A stretch of 64,000 bases of DNA from Longimicrobiales bacterium (GCA_965248195.1 CBDFIQ010000002.1:608001-672000), one strand, 5' to 3'; positions 30,201-40,103 are shown, counted from the stretch's first letter. Program-made: numbers and translations. Notes: generated by a model from the letters alone, not told the origin.

Positions 30201-30420
30201 TCGAGCCTCCTTCTCGCTGTCGGGGCGGAATCTAGTGACGATTTGGCAAAGGCAGAAGAGACTCGGCGCCTTCGGAGATGACGAAGGCCTCGTAATTCCG
30301 GATCCCGAGCACGGGGGAACGCAGGACGACTCCGGCAACAACGCCGGCGGCGGTAATAACACGCTCTGGGGGCTACCCGGCATCGCGAGCGTGCATGCTA
30401 CGCTGCGGGTCACCTTCTGA
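27241..30420 (+). CDS. SusC/RagA family TonB-dependent outer-membrane transporter 1
   Basis: Signal peptide, carboxypeptidase-regulatory-like domain, LDEIIVTG, IEIIKGPAAATLYG plug, C-terminal LRVTF. Confidence 0.95.
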   Translation: MKTGFRSRVLGGFGALVMALLVVAPSIGAQQGGTVTGRVLDSQTGAPLAAVQVFISALDLGGLTQQNGRYLLQNVPAGTHTLSVARIGYRTAEAQVSVGGGQTVEQNFAIAEEALALDEIIVTGTPGGTQRRAIGNAVTRLDASAVTDRMAITGIQDLLTARAPGLQYNRLSGNVGTGGGIRIRGVSSLELGAQPLIYVDGIRVNNSNAIGPDIGRDRQSSALNDFSPDEIESIEIIKGPAAATLYGTEASAGVIQIITKRGEVGAPVFNLSVRQGTNFMVDPAGKLGTRYGCITTFAPPCPAADVVSYNPYDEANAWRAREGLPGDLYQNGLSSNYNLSVRGGTEAVRYFVSADYTDDNGIVDYNFKEQTNVRANLSLILAPTLNADISTGFVSGTIRYAAPVISDGGTWQDMQWGNGFCLLSTQQTRFDRGINPVGESVPMFPDPNCGLAGFQEHLPTDVEEVNAFRYYDRFTGSATLTHTIGDNFTQRLVGGVDKGWDTNSYFIPLDEDGIYTENVLGEVRLGTPETTVLSVDWSGTYRYDVNDNFRVTSSVGTQYYSRLFEQQEVIGKGFASPEQKTVNQTARDQLEVTYLFRENKSLGVFVQEEIGYQDRIFLTGAVRADDNSAFGSDFDLIYYPKLSGTWVLSEEEMWNIDFINSFRIRGAWGKAGRQPDVLARATLYAAFPGPGGAPALRPSRPGNTAVGPEQSTELEIGADFALMDDRVSGEFTWYNQKTTDALLDLDQVPSFGFPGDFQGNIGRIDNWGWEAILNTRIVQTQDVGFDITFSADHTDNLIVDLAGVDAGNNSQVGHPFPNEVDRILRSVAGLDPVTQEPIDAMCDPGIPREGTNPATGEAWADSNVQGGVPVACGGIRSAQLLIGPAFATYTFSVAPTLSLLGNTLQIFAMAEGQYGKTGDEGDVEWGIDYNNSLQSQLRTDPLFVASESAFIGDDTQHAHFDASFWKLREIGARYQLPQSLTSTLGVDRASFSLSGRNLVTIWQRQKRLGAFGDDEGLVIPDPEHGGTQDDSGNNAGGGNNTLWGLPGIASVHATLRVTF

Positions 30421-30557
30421 TCCCCGCGGCAAATCCGATCTGAGCGTTGAGAGAAACGGCCATAAGCGGCGGCGCGGGGCACGAAGAACCACCCGCGCCG
30501 CCGATCGGCCGCTCTCTCGACGAACCGACCATCGTATGTGAGAGAGGACGACATAAA

Positions 30558-32039
30558 ATGACGACACCACATAAGCTTAGGAGAGGGAGGACCGCTCTCG
30601 GACTCGCCTTCGCCTTTTTGTTCGGCGGCCTGATCGGCTGCGACAGCCTGTTGGAGGTGGACCTGCCCGACTCGGTCACCGATGCTGTGCTGCTGGATCC
30701 CAAAACGGCAGGGACTCAAGTGAACTCGGCTATGGGGCTGTTCGAGTGCGGGTTCTCGGACTTCACGTACGCCGAAGGGGGCTACTCGGACGCCTACATC
30801 GGGATCGCCGGTGTGGGCGGTAGTTATGCGCGTTACAATGAGCGTCCCCAGGACGGGGAGTGCGACACCGTCGTACAGAGCCGCAACTGGTACCAGCCCA
30901 TGCAGACCTCGCGCTCGATGGGGGAGAGCGTGTTCGCGCAGATGGACACGCTCTGGACGGACGCCGAGGTCGAGAACAGGCAACAGCTGATGGCCACGGT
31001 CGCCATTTACATCGCAGCGGTCTACGGCCATTTCGGGGAGCACCTCTGTGAGACCGCTATCGACGCAGGTCCCTTGTTGACGCCGGACGCGACGCTCGCG
31101 ATCGCCGAGCAGTGGGTCGACACCGCGCTGAGCATCATTGGGAACATCGGTGACTTCGCAATATTCAACGGCATCTCGACCAGCGCGACGACCATGGCGT
31201 ATGGGATCCGAGCCCACGCCCGCTGGGCCCGGGGGCCCGCGCAGTGGGCTGGTGCCCAGTCCGACGCGGAGCGGATTGCGCAGGGCTTTACGGCCTGGGT
31301 GAGCCGGGAGCCCGGGGAGTTTCGCAGGAACAAGCCTTACTCCCACTATATCCCGGCCTTCGGCTGGCTGCAGGGCCCCGTCGACTGGTGGCCGCCCGGC
31401 ACCAACCCGGTGACGGGTCAGGTCTGGCCCCAGCCGATTCCCTTCACGGGCTATCTGGACCTGGGTATCATGACCGCCACCGGACGGGCCATCTCCGCTC
31501 CCCCGCAGTACCCCATCCTGAATACTGATGCCGGGGCCGAGATGGACACTCGGATCACGCACGTGGTCAAGGGGGTTCAAGGGGGACTGGACGGCCCTAC
31601 TCCGCTCAAGTATCTGTCGGAGGCCGACGATATCCCCTTCATCAGTTGGGAGGACATGTTCCTCATCCGGGCCGAGATCGAGCTTGGGAACGGGAACGGG
31701 GCCAACGCAATCTCCCTGGTCAACAACATACGGGCTGCCGAAGGGTTGCCGCTTGTGACCTACCTGACCGGCGCCAGCGCCGTCACTGACATCGAGGACA
31801 TGATCATCGAGGAGCGTCGCCGGCAACTCTTCATGGAAGGCCGGTTCTGGTCGACGAAGATCCAGCACCTCGACAAGCTCTGGTTCCCTCGTAACGTCGG
31901 CATCAACCCTGGCAGCTACTCCATGGACGGTGCCATTCGCCTCGCCATGCCGGAGGACGAGTACATCCTCAATGAGAACTTCGGCGAAGACGACGCCGGC
32001 ACCATCTGTGTTGTCAATCAACGGCCGACTATTGACTGA
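30558..32039 (+). CDS. SusD/RagB family lipoprotein 1
   Basis: LIGC lipobox; LIRAEI, EERRRQLFMEG. Confidence 0.9.
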   Translation: MTTPHKLRRGRTALGLAFAFLFGGLIGCDSLLEVDLPDSVTDAVLLDPKTAGTQVNSAMGLFECGFSDFTYAEGGYSDAYIGIAGVGGSYARYNERPQDGECDTVVQSRNWYQPMQTSRSMGESVFAQMDTLWTDAEVENRQQLMATVAIYIAAVYGHFGEHLCETAIDAGPLLTPDATLAIAEQWVDTALSIIGNIGDFAIFNGISTSATTMAYGIRAHARWARGPAQWAGAQSDAERIAQGFTAWVSREPGEFRRNKPYSHYIPAFGWLQGPVDWWPPGTNPVTGQVWPQPIPFTGYLDLGIMTATGRAISAPPQYPILNTDAGAEMDTRITHVVKGVQGGLDGPTPLKYLSEADDIPFISWEDMFLIRAEIELGNGNGANAISLVNNIRAAEGLPLVTYLTGASAVTDIEDMIIEERRRQLFMEGRFWSTKIQHLDKLWFPRNVGINPGSYSMDGAIRLAMPEDEYILNENFGEDDAGTICVVNQRPTID

Positions 32040-32101
32040 GGTCGTCGCGGTGTCGGGGGTGCTATGCTGATACCTAGCTAGCGCGTCATGCGGCAAGCAA
32101 G

Positions 32102-32142
32102 AGCCGGGCCCGGGGGAGAGATCCTCGGGCCCGGTTGTTTTT
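32102..32142 (+). terminator. Intrinsic terminator after susD1
   Basis: agccgggcccgggg...cctcgggcccggtt stem followed by a T tract. Confidence 0.8.
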
Positions 32143-32246
32143 GTACGGCGACCGCCCGGCCGTGCTGGGGAAACCGGAGGTTAGACAGATGGAATTAGCC
32201 GTAAGGGTCTACCGAATGACGTGGTTCCAGCTCTTTCGCGTGGGCT

Positions 32247-32990
32247 CTACCGGCCGCTGCCGGAACGCGTCGTCACCACTATGACGCCGTTCGCGGCGAG
32301 CGGATAGCGGAACGCAGCGGCAGGGCCCCGTAGGACCTGGATATCCAACACGTCCGAGGCGGGAATCCGGCTCAGGGCGTCGAGCGTCGATTCCCCCGTC
32401 GAGACCAAGGCACCATCGATGTAGACGAGCGGCTCAACACTCTGCGTGAGGCTGCCGATGCCCCGCACGTTGATCACGAAGTCATTCTTCCCGATGTTAC
32501 CGGATCTCCAGCTGCGCACGCTGGGGTTTTGTACGAGGAGCAGGTCTTCAGCCGTGCGGGGGTCGGATATTCTCGATCTGTCGCCGGGAACTCCGACCAG
32601 CAGCTCGGAGAGCACGGCGGAGACCGAAGGAAGACGGAACTGGAGAAAAACGATCCCATCGCCCGTGACGTCGACCTCCTGCGTGACGCTGGGGTGCCCT
32701 GGTGCCGTAACATGGACCGACATCATTCCGAAGTGTAGGTCGGGAAACGCGAAGTCACCGTACCTTCCGGTCTGGGTCTCGATGTCCGTGCCGAGCAGCG
32801 AGACCGTAGCCGATTCAATGGGCTGGCCGGTCGACTCGTAGACGACGACACCCTGGAGGAAAGGCTGCGTCCCGGCTCCCGACCGGGGTTGCTGTGCGGC
32901 GGCGGCGAGAGGTAGCGCGTGCTGGGTGACGAGGAGAACTACCAGAGCGGCCAGCGCTCCGGCCCAGGGTCGGATCGCTGGGCATGACAT
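32247..32990 (-). CDS. Carboxypeptidase-regulatory-like plus TonB plug domain protein, no beta-barrel
   Basis: Signal peptide; EPLVYIDG, IQVLRGPAAA, NGVIVVTT, then stop. Confidence 0.85.
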   Translation of the reverse strand: MSCPAIRPWAGALAALVVLLVTQHALPLAAAAQQPRSGAGTQPFLQGVVVYESTGQPIESATVSLLGTDIETQTGRYGDFAFPDLHFGMMSVHVTAPGHPSVTQEVDVTGDGIVFLQFRLPSVSAVLSELLVGVPGDRSRISDPRTAEDLLLVQNPSVRSWRSGNIGKNDFVINVRGIGSLTQSVEPLVYIDGALVSTGESTLDALSRIPASDVLDIQVLRGPAAAFRYPLAANGVIVVTTRSGSGR

Positions 32991-33107
32991 TGCATCGATA
33001 TCCGGCTAAATCATCAAAATACCTCAACATACGCTACCCTCTGACGCATGCCCCGTTCCCCAAGGTGTTTTGGCTGGAGGAGGGTTGGAAACACCCTAGA
33101 AACGCTG

Positions 33108-33136
33108 TTGACGCGACCGAGCTCGAACGTTAGCGT
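33108..33136 (+). promoter_or_regulatory. Sigma70 promoter of susC2
   Basis: TTGACG-17 bp-TAGCGT. Confidence 0.7.
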
Positions 33137-33139
33137 GAC

Positions 33140-33295
33140 TTTCGATTGCGAGGTTCCTTGAAGAATCTCGTACGCTCGAGGTTTGTCTCGAGAAGCGCGG
33201 CCCCTAGCGGGGTCGCGTCGTTTCGTTGTATATGGGCACGTTGCGGCCCACTCCCGGGCCGTGGTGCCGTGTGTAGTTCAACCAAAGGGGGAGCT
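33140..33295 (+). ncRNA. Candidate structured cis-regulatory 5' leader (copy 2)
   Basis: Homolog of 27050-27240 with the stems preserved. Confidence 0.55.
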
Positions 33296-36200
33296 ATGAA
33301 AACAGGATTCCGTTCCAGAGTACTGAGCGGGTTCGGCGCCCTGGTGACGGCCTTCTTGCTTGTAGTGCCGAGTATCGGCGCGCAGCAGGGCGGTACAGTC
33401 ACCGGTCGGGTGCTGGACTCGCGGAGCGGGTTGCCTGTGGCGGCAGCCCAGGTCTTTATCTCCGCATTGGACTTGGGCGGCCTGACGCAACAGAACGGCC
33501 GCTATCTAATGCAAAACGTGCCCGCGGGCACCCACACGGTGACCGTGGCCCGCATCGGGTACCGGACGGAAGAGGCACAGGTCTCGGTCGGTGGCGGTCA
33601 AACCGTCGAGCAGAATTTCGACATGGCCGAGGAAGCTCTGGCGCTCGACGAGATCATCGTCACCGGGACGCCGGGCGGTACGCAGCGTCGGGCCATCGGA
33701 AACTCTGTCGTGACGGTCAACGCATCCGACATTGTCGCGGTGGCGCCTGTATCAAACATGCAGGAGTTGCTGTCTGGACGAACTCCGGGCCTCCAGTTCA
33801 CACGGCGGACCGGAAACGTGGGCTCCGGCTCGCCGATCCGGATCCGGGGCATCGGGAGCTTCTCCCTGTCCACCAACCCCCTTATCTACATCGACGGCAT
33901 ACGGGTCAACAACTCCTCCAACGCCGGGCCTGCAGTCGAAGACGGAGGTTTCGAGGAACAGAGCGCGGAAGGGGGTACAACGAGCGTGCTCGACGACTTG
34001 AACCCGGACGACATCGAGAGCATCGAGATCATCAAGGGGCCGGCGGCGGGGACGCTCTACGGAACAGAAGCGTCGGCCGGTGTGATCCAGATCATCACCA
34101 AGAGGGGCGCAGAGGGCGACGTACAGATCAGCGCGTCTGTGCGTGCGGGCGTCAACTTTATGACCGACCCCGCCGGAAGGCTGGGCACCATGTATGGATG
34201 TCGGTCTGGCACATCGACGCCCTGCCCCGTGGGAGACATAATCACGTACAACATGTACGAGGAGGCGAACGATTACATCAGCGGGAGGACTCCGGGCCCG
34301 GACGGTGGGAGGTACTTCGATTGGCCCACCAAAAATCTCTACCAGTACGGCCCTATCCAATCCTACAACGTGGACGTTAGGGGAGGAAGCCAGACGTTCC
34401 GCTACTTCGCCTCTGCCAACTACGACAATGAAGAGGGGATCGAGTGGTACAACAGGGACGAGACGGCGCGGTTGCGGGCGAACCTGAGTATTACGCCCGG
34501 GGGGGATTGGTCCATGGACCTCTCGACCGCCTTTGTTCAGGGAGACACGAGGTATGCTTCGCCCGTCCTCAACCAGGGTAGCCCGTGGCAGGACATGGGT
34601 TGGTCTAACGGTCGCTGCCTGTTTCGTATCAACCCGGGCCTGTGCCCTCGTCTCGGCGGTTTCCAGGAGCACCTCCCTTCGGACATAGCCAAGATAAACA
34701 CCACACGGGACTACAGTCGCTTTACTGGAGGCCTGACACTGAACCACAATACCGGTGACTGGTTGAGCCAGCGCCTCATTCTCGGGATCGACAAGGGATG
34801 GGACGTAAACCAGGTGCTCTTCCCGGTAGAAAACATTCTGACCACGGTTTATTCCGAAACCAACAAAGGGCAGATCCAACGCGAAGATCCGACCACGACG
34901 AACATTTCGCTGGACTACGCTGTTACCGGCACGTACGACTACAATAGCTTGAACTTCCAGACCTCCGTCGGGGGTCAGTACTACATCAAGCGGTTCGAAA
35001 AGCTCAACGCCATTGGGCGAAATTTCGCCTCGGCGCTGTCCACCACCGTCAACCAGACCGATGTCGCGCAGGCGACTCTCGACTTCATATTCATCGAGAC
35101 TCGGTCGTTGGGCTTCTACGTGCAGGAGCAGATAGGATGGAATGAGCGCCTATTCGTGACCGGCGCGATCCGCTTCGACGACCATTCGGCGTTTGGCGCT
35201 GACTTCGAAGCGCTCGTATATCCGAAGGTGTCGGCGACTTGGGTGGCCTCGGAGGAAAGTTTCTGGAACATCGACTACATCAACTCGTTGCGCTTGCGGG
35301 GAGCGTGGGGGCAGGCGGGGCGCCAGCCGGACGTCTTCGCCGCGACAGACGTCTACGGAGTGATCCCCGGGGTGGGCGGTTTCTCAGGGATCTCGCCAGT
35401 GAGCCCGGGTAACGAGTTGATCGGTCCCGAGGTGAGCACCGAGATCGAGTTGGGCTTCGACATGGCCCTGATGGACGGGCGGCTCGCGGCCGAATTCACC
35501 TACTTCACGCAAAAGAACGAGGATGCTCTGCTGGAACGGGAAGTCGCGCCGAACTCGGGATTCCCGGGTGCGGTCCAGCAGAATGTGGGCCGGATCGACA
35601 ACTGGGGATGGGAGGCATTGCTGAGTGCACAGGTTTACCAGGCTGACTCCTGGTCCTTCGACCTGCGTCTCAACGCCGATCACGTGGACAACAAGGTCAA
35701 GGATCTCGGTGGCACCCTGCCGACCACCGAGATTCGGGAAGGGTGGCCATACCCGGTCTTCACGGGCCGGTACTTAGTCGAGTCTGCGGATCCGGGGACG
35801 GGCCCGGGGACATTCAGCAACGCCATGTGCGATAGTGGAACGGGCGGCGCGCCCGGGGAGGCACAGTTCCAGGGAGGCGCGCTGGTGCCCTGTGGGACTG
35901 TCTCTGGCAGTACGCGAATCATGATCGGGCGGGCTTTCTACACATACAAGTATGGCATCGCCCCGAGCCTGAACCTGTTCAACAACCGCCTTCAGCTCTT
36001 CGCCCTGGCCGAGGGCGCCTACGGCCGGGAAGGCGTAGACAACGTTCTGGAGTGGAGCCACATCTACAACAATTCCCTTCTCTCCCAGGCCGAGGACGAC
36101 CCGCTCTATGTGGCCAGGGATCAAGGCAACTTCCAGGACGACCGCTCGAAGGAATATTTCGATGGAGACTTCTGGACGATGCGGGAGTTGGGATTCCGGT

Positions 36201-36424
36201 TTACCCTCCCGCAGTCCTGGGTCGGTGCTATGGGGGCGGACCGTGCGAGCTTCTCGTTCTCTGCTCGGAACACCTTTTTCCTTTATCGGGCCCAAACCAC
36301 GGTCGCCGGAGGGACAGTTGGGGATCCGGAGATCGGCTCCGTCGAAGAGCTTGACGGCGGCAGCAACTTCCGCTCAAGCCCACCCACTGCGAGCATAAGC
36401 GCGACCCTGCGGGTCTCGTTCTGA
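33296..36424 (+). CDS. SusC/RagA family TonB-dependent outer-membrane transporter 2
   Basis: Same architecture as 27241-30420; C-terminal LRVSF. Confidence 0.95.
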   Translation: MKTGFRSRVLSGFGALVTAFLLVVPSIGAQQGGTVTGRVLDSRSGLPVAAAQVFISALDLGGLTQQNGRYLMQNVPAGTHTVTVARIGYRTEEAQVSVGGGQTVEQNFDMAEEALALDEIIVTGTPGGTQRRAIGNSVVTVNASDIVAVAPVSNMQELLSGRTPGLQFTRRTGNVGSGSPIRIRGIGSFSLSTNPLIYIDGIRVNNSSNAGPAVEDGGFEEQSAEGGTTSVLDDLNPDDIESIEIIKGPAAGTLYGTEASAGVIQIITKRGAEGDVQISASVRAGVNFMTDPAGRLGTMYGCRSGTSTPCPVGDIITYNMYEEANDYISGRTPGPDGGRYFDWPTKNLYQYGPIQSYNVDVRGGSQTFRYFASANYDNEEGIEWYNRDETARLRANLSITPGGDWSMDLSTAFVQGDTRYASPVLNQGSPWQDMGWSNGRCLFRINPGLCPRLGGFQEHLPSDIAKINTTRDYSRFTGGLTLNHNTGDWLSQRLILGIDKGWDVNQVLFPVENILTTVYSETNKGQIQREDPTTTNISLDYAVTGTYDYNSLNFQTSVGGQYYIKRFEKLNAIGRNFASALSTTVNQTDVAQATLDFIFIETRSLGFYVQEQIGWNERLFVTGAIRFDDHSAFGADFEALVYPKVSATWVASEESFWNIDYINSLRLRGAWGQAGRQPDVFAATDVYGVIPGVGGFSGISPVSPGNELIGPEVSTEIELGFDMALMDGRLAAEFTYFTQKNEDALLEREVAPNSGFPGAVQQNVGRIDNWGWEALLSAQVYQADSWSFDLRLNADHVDNKVKDLGGTLPTTEIREGWPYPVFTGRYLVESADPGTGPGTFSNAMCDSGTGGAPGEAQFQGGALVPCGTVSGSTRIMIGRAFYTYKYGIAPSLNLFNNRLQLFALAEGAYGREGVDNVLEWSHIYNNSLLSQAEDDPLYVARDQGNFQDDRSKEYFDGDFWTMRELGFRFTLPQSWVGAMGADRASFSFSARNTFFLYRAQTTVAGGTVGDPEIGSVEELDGGSNFRSSPPTASISATLRVSF

Positions 36425-36489
36425 TGGTGGGTCGACCGACGGACTTGACTACTCACTTGACTACTCAGAGATACGGAATGGTGAACGAT

Positions 36490-38064
36490 ATGAGCAAAAC
36501 GAGAATGAAACCGGAAAGCCGGGCATGGGTGAAGGAGGGAAAGTCTGCTCTGATCCTCGCCCTGGCGGTAGGCACGCTGACTGCCTGCAACAGCTTGTTG
36601 GACGTGACGCTGCCGGCGGTCGTTAATGAGGAGGTGCTGGAGGACCCCCTGAACGCCGACGTAATCGTGGCCTCGATCATCGCGAACTTCGAGTGCGGCT
36701 ATTCAGCGTTCGGTTGGCTGTCGATGGGTCACGACGGCGTCACGGAGTCGGTCGCAGGCCGGGGCGGTGGCAGTGGGACCTACAACTCGGTTCCCGACGC
36801 CGGCGTGGAGTGCGACGCAGGTGGGGATTCCTCGAACGGCAACTACTACGATCAGTTCGCGATCGCGAGGGGGGCGGGGTACGTTGCGTATGAGAGCCTT
36901 GGGGGTTGGACGGACGCGGAGGTGCCTGGTGGGGCAGTCAATAGGGAGAAGCTGATGGCCACCACTGCCCTTTACCTTGGGGCGATTTTCGACTACTTCG
37001 GCGAGTTCTACTGCGAGATGACCATCGACGAAGGTCCGCTCATGACGCCGGACCAGACTATTGCGCTGGGCATAACCTGGCTCGACAGGGCGCAGGGGCA
37101 TATCAACAACATCGGCGACTACGCGATCCCCCACGGTGCCAGCACCAGCGCCCAGAGCATGTTGCATGGCCTTCGCGCCCGGATGCTCTGGCATACAGGG
37201 GACCTTGTCGGCGCTGCGGCGGCTGCGGCGTCGTTCCCAAAGGATTTCACGGCCTGGGTGACCCGCGACGTGGGTCCCCAGCGGAGAAACAAGCCGTACG
37301 AGTCCCTCACGGCCACCGGCTGGAATGGGATGCTGGGATTGAGCGCCTCCACCGGCGACTTCGCCTGGAATCCTCCCGATGGCCGTACCAACCCTGTGAC
37401 GGGCCTGGATTGGCCAGACCCCATTCCGTTCACCGGCTACCTCTTCCTGGGCATCATGCCCGACGGTCGGGCGCTCTCTGACACGGGAATCGCAGTCAGG
37501 TGGGCGGAGGAGTTCCGGGTAGCCGGCGACGATCCGACCCCGCTAAACAACGGTGCGGTAGCGGATACCCGGGTCCTGCACTTCAAGAAGTCGATCCAGG
37601 GCCCCTCGCCCAGAGAGGTTCCGGACACGTATAAATCGGATTCCGACGACCTCCCCTTGGTGGACTGGGAGGAGATTTGGCTCATCCAGGCCGAGATCGA
37701 GGGAGGTCAACGCGCCATCGACCGCGTGAACGATATTCGGGCCGCCTACAGCCTCCCGCTGGTCACTTACGTGGATCCGGGCAATGCACAACAGGTGAAG
37801 TTCATGATTATCGAGGAAAGGCGGCGAACCTTGTTCAACGAAGTGGGGCGGTTCTGGGCCACGAAGATCTTGAACACCGACCTTCTATTTTTCCCCCGGA
37901 CCAAGGGGGCCACTCCGGAACAGGGATACAACCTGAATGGTGGTGTGCGTCTGGTAATGCCTACCGACGAGTACGAGCTGAACCCAAACCTCGGCTTTAA
38001 CGTCCGGGGGACCGGTTGTGACCCCGATCAGAGACCGATCGAGGACGAGGGTTGGGGGTTCTAG
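36490..38064 (+). CDS. SusD/RagB family lipoprotein 2
   Basis: LTAC lipobox; LIQAEI, EERRRTLF. Start uncertain (36424-36505). Confidence 0.9.
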   Translation: MSKTRMKPESRAWVKEGKSALILALAVGTLTACNSLLDVTLPAVVNEEVLEDPLNADVIVASIIANFECGYSAFGWLSMGHDGVTESVAGRGGGSGTYNSVPDAGVECDAGGDSSNGNYYDQFAIARGAGYVAYESLGGWTDAEVPGGAVNREKLMATTALYLGAIFDYFGEFYCEMTIDEGPLMTPDQTIALGITWLDRAQGHINNIGDYAIPHGASTSAQSMLHGLRARMLWHTGDLVGAAAAAASFPKDFTAWVTRDVGPQRRNKPYESLTATGWNGMLGLSASTGDFAWNPPDGRTNPVTGLDWPDPIPFTGYLFLGIMPDGRALSDTGIAVRWAEEFRVAGDDPTPLNNGAVADTRVLHFKKSIQGPSPREVPDTYKSDSDDLPLVDWEEIWLIQAEIEGGQRAIDRVNDIRAAYSLPLVTYVDPGNAQQVKFMIIEERRRTLFNEVGRFWATKILNTDLLFFPRTKGATPEQGYNLNGGVRLVMPTDEYELNPNLGFNVRGTGCDPDQRPIEDEGWGF

Positions 38065-38134
38065 TGAGGTCCTTGCTCGTCGGGGCGCGCTGCGCTGGCA
38101 CTTAGCTTCTTAGCTAGCGTCATGCGCGGGAAGG

Positions 38135-38175
38135 AGCCGAGCCCGGGGAGAAATCCCCGGGCTCGGCTTAATTTT
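38135..38175 (+). terminator. Intrinsic terminator after susD2
   Basis: agccgagcccgggga...tccccgggctcggct stem plus a T-rich tail; homologous to 32102-32142. Confidence 0.8.
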
Positions 38176-38314
38176 GTGGGTACCGGCGCCGCACTGCATG
38201 GGCGACGCGCATACGAGCGAGAAGCGCCGTCGGGGGCGATGGGCGCAGGAACTATTCGGGGGACGCCTGAGTTCATTTACAAATCACTGCTTCCGCCGCT
38301 ACTGTTTCCGCCGC

Positions 38315-39490
38315 ATGAACCAGAAAATGCTTCTTTCCGACCGGATGCCGGATCCGCCCTCTGGGGCCTTCTCCTTTCTCTCCTTCGGCCTTGCTCTGGC
38401 TACGCTGGCCGTATCGGCATGCTCGGGTGGGGACCTGCCGATGGTGGGTCCGGATGATGAGCCGGCCTTGACCGCGCTGTGCCAAGAAATTCAGGCGGAC
38501 CTGGTCGGAGCTGCGGCGAAGGATGCGATTCCCGCACTTACGGACCCTGAGCTGGTCGCGGTGGACGATCTCAGGGCCGAATTCCTACTGCCGACGGACC
38601 GAGTGATCGGGATCGAGGTCGATGGCCAGTACATCGCCATCCCACACAACATTCTCTGGTGGCACGAGATCGCGAACTTCAACGCATACGAGTTGGCCGT
38701 CACGTATTGCCCGCTTACCGGGTCCAGCATGGTCTTTCAGCGCGGGTCGGTCGATGGAGACGAGTTCGGTGTATCTGGGCTGCTCTTCAACAACAATCTG
38801 GTGATGTACAACCGCACCCCTGTTGGGGTGGAGGAAACTCTGTGGCCGCAGATGTTGGCGGGAGGGCGTTGCGGCCCGGCGTCAGGTACGGAGCTGGCGA
38901 TGTCTCCGTCCCTGGAGATCGAATGGGCCGACTGGGTGGCGCTCCACCCGGACACACGTGTCGTTGGGGGGGACACCGGATTTCCGCGGGATTATCGACT
39001 GTATCCTTATGGGGGCTACGAAGTAGAGACCAACAGCATCACACTGATCCCCCAAGATGACTTGGATCGCCGGAGACCCCCGAAGGAGCGGGTGTTGGGG
39101 ATTCCGTTCGGTGATGGAGGAGGGATCGCCTTCCCCTTCGGGGCCCTCCGCAGCGTCGGCGATCTTGCGGCGATCCATACGATCCTCGGCGACGGCCAGG
39201 AGGAAGCCGGCGGTATAGACCCCGTCGTCGTGTTCTGGAGTAGCGCTGCGGCTGCCGCCATGGCATTTACCCCTTCGATCGCAGGCAAGGATCTGACCTT
39301 CGAGGTAAGAAACGGCGCTTTCGTGGATGTAGAAACGGGGAGCCAGTGGAGTCTCGATGGCAAGGCGCTCTCCGGTCCGTTGGCGGGCGAGAGCCTCTGG
39401 AAGATTCGCGACGCCTACGTGTCGTTCTGGTTCGCCTTCGCGACGTTCTTCCCCGACCCCGTTCTCTGGACTCCAGCTACCTCGTCGTGA
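38315..39490 (+). CDS. DUF3179 domain lipoprotein (paralog 1)
   Basis: VSAC lipobox; KDAIPAL, WHEI, TYCPLT, FGVSGLL, FWFAF. Confidence 0.88.
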   Translation: MNQKMLLSDRMPDPPSGAFSFLSFGLALATLAVSACSGGDLPMVGPDDEPALTALCQEIQADLVGAAAKDAIPALTDPELVAVDDLRAEFLLPTDRVIGIEVDGQYIAIPHNILWWHEIANFNAYELAVTYCPLTGSSMVFQRGSVDGDEFGVSGLLFNNNLVMYNRTPVGVEETLWPQMLAGGRCGPASGTELAMSPSLEIEWADWVALHPDTRVVGGDTGFPRDYRLYPYGGYEVETNSITLIPQDDLDRRRPPKERVLGIPFGDGGGIAFPFGALRSVGDLAAIHTILGDGQEEAGGIDPVVVFWSSAAAAAMAFTPSIAGKDLTFEVRNGAFVDVETGSQWSLDGKALSGPLAGESLWKIRDAYVSFWFAFATFFPDPVLWTPATSS

Positions 39491-39540
39491 GCCCTCAGAC
39501 GGGCGCAGTGTTCGCGGATGCCGGTGTGGTCGCGCACACT

Positions 39541-39633
39541 CTACCGGCCGGCGCCCGAACGCGTCGTCACCAGCACGACGCCGTTCGCCGCGAAGGGATA
39601 GAGGAACGCAGCGGCAGGGCCCCGCAGGACCTC
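39541..39633 (-). pseudogene. 3' remnant of a plug-domain gene paralogous to 32247-32990
   Basis: EVLRGPAAAFLYPFAANGVVLVTTRSGAGR* versus QVLRGPAAAFRYPLAANGVIVVTTRSGSGR*. Confidence 0.85.
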
Positions 39634-40103
39634 GAATAGCGGGCTCTCTCGGCTCTTTTAGTTGCGCGGGGCGCCGTTGTTGATCCAGTTCCTGAAATTG
39701 GTGAGGTCGATGCTGTCGAGCAACGGGCCAAACGGCATCCGAGACCCTACTCTTTGGCGACCCTCAAACCGGATGATCAGGTAGCTGTTGGTCGCGTCGA
39801 AGGGCTCGACGAGCAGAAACTCGCGCTCGGTGTCTGCAGGCACGTTCACGATGTTGGCGTAATTTTCGCGAGAGTCGGGGTGGAGGAAGAGCGCCCCCTG
39901 TCCGTCCCCGTGACAGTTGGAGGCGGTACACCCTTTTCGCACGAAGATCTCTTGTACGTCCTCTTGAAACGAGGGAAGCTGTAATACGACGCGAGTCATC
40001 TCGGACTCAGGGTCGTCAAGGTCAGGGTCAGGACGTGGACCGGTCGGAATCGGGTCTCCAAAGCACGATGTGAGGGCAGTCCCCGCGACAAGCAATGTAA
40101 AAA

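Noticed and set aside
30162..32096. Long antisense ORFs (30162-32096, 45655-47112, 12443-13609, 4564-5613 and others)
   Set aside because: These are shadow frames of well-supported genes in GC-rich DNA, with no family motifs.
26986..38175. Invertase-driven susC shufflon
   Set aside because: The modules are direct repeats, each with its own promoter; no recombinase or inverted crossover sites were seen.
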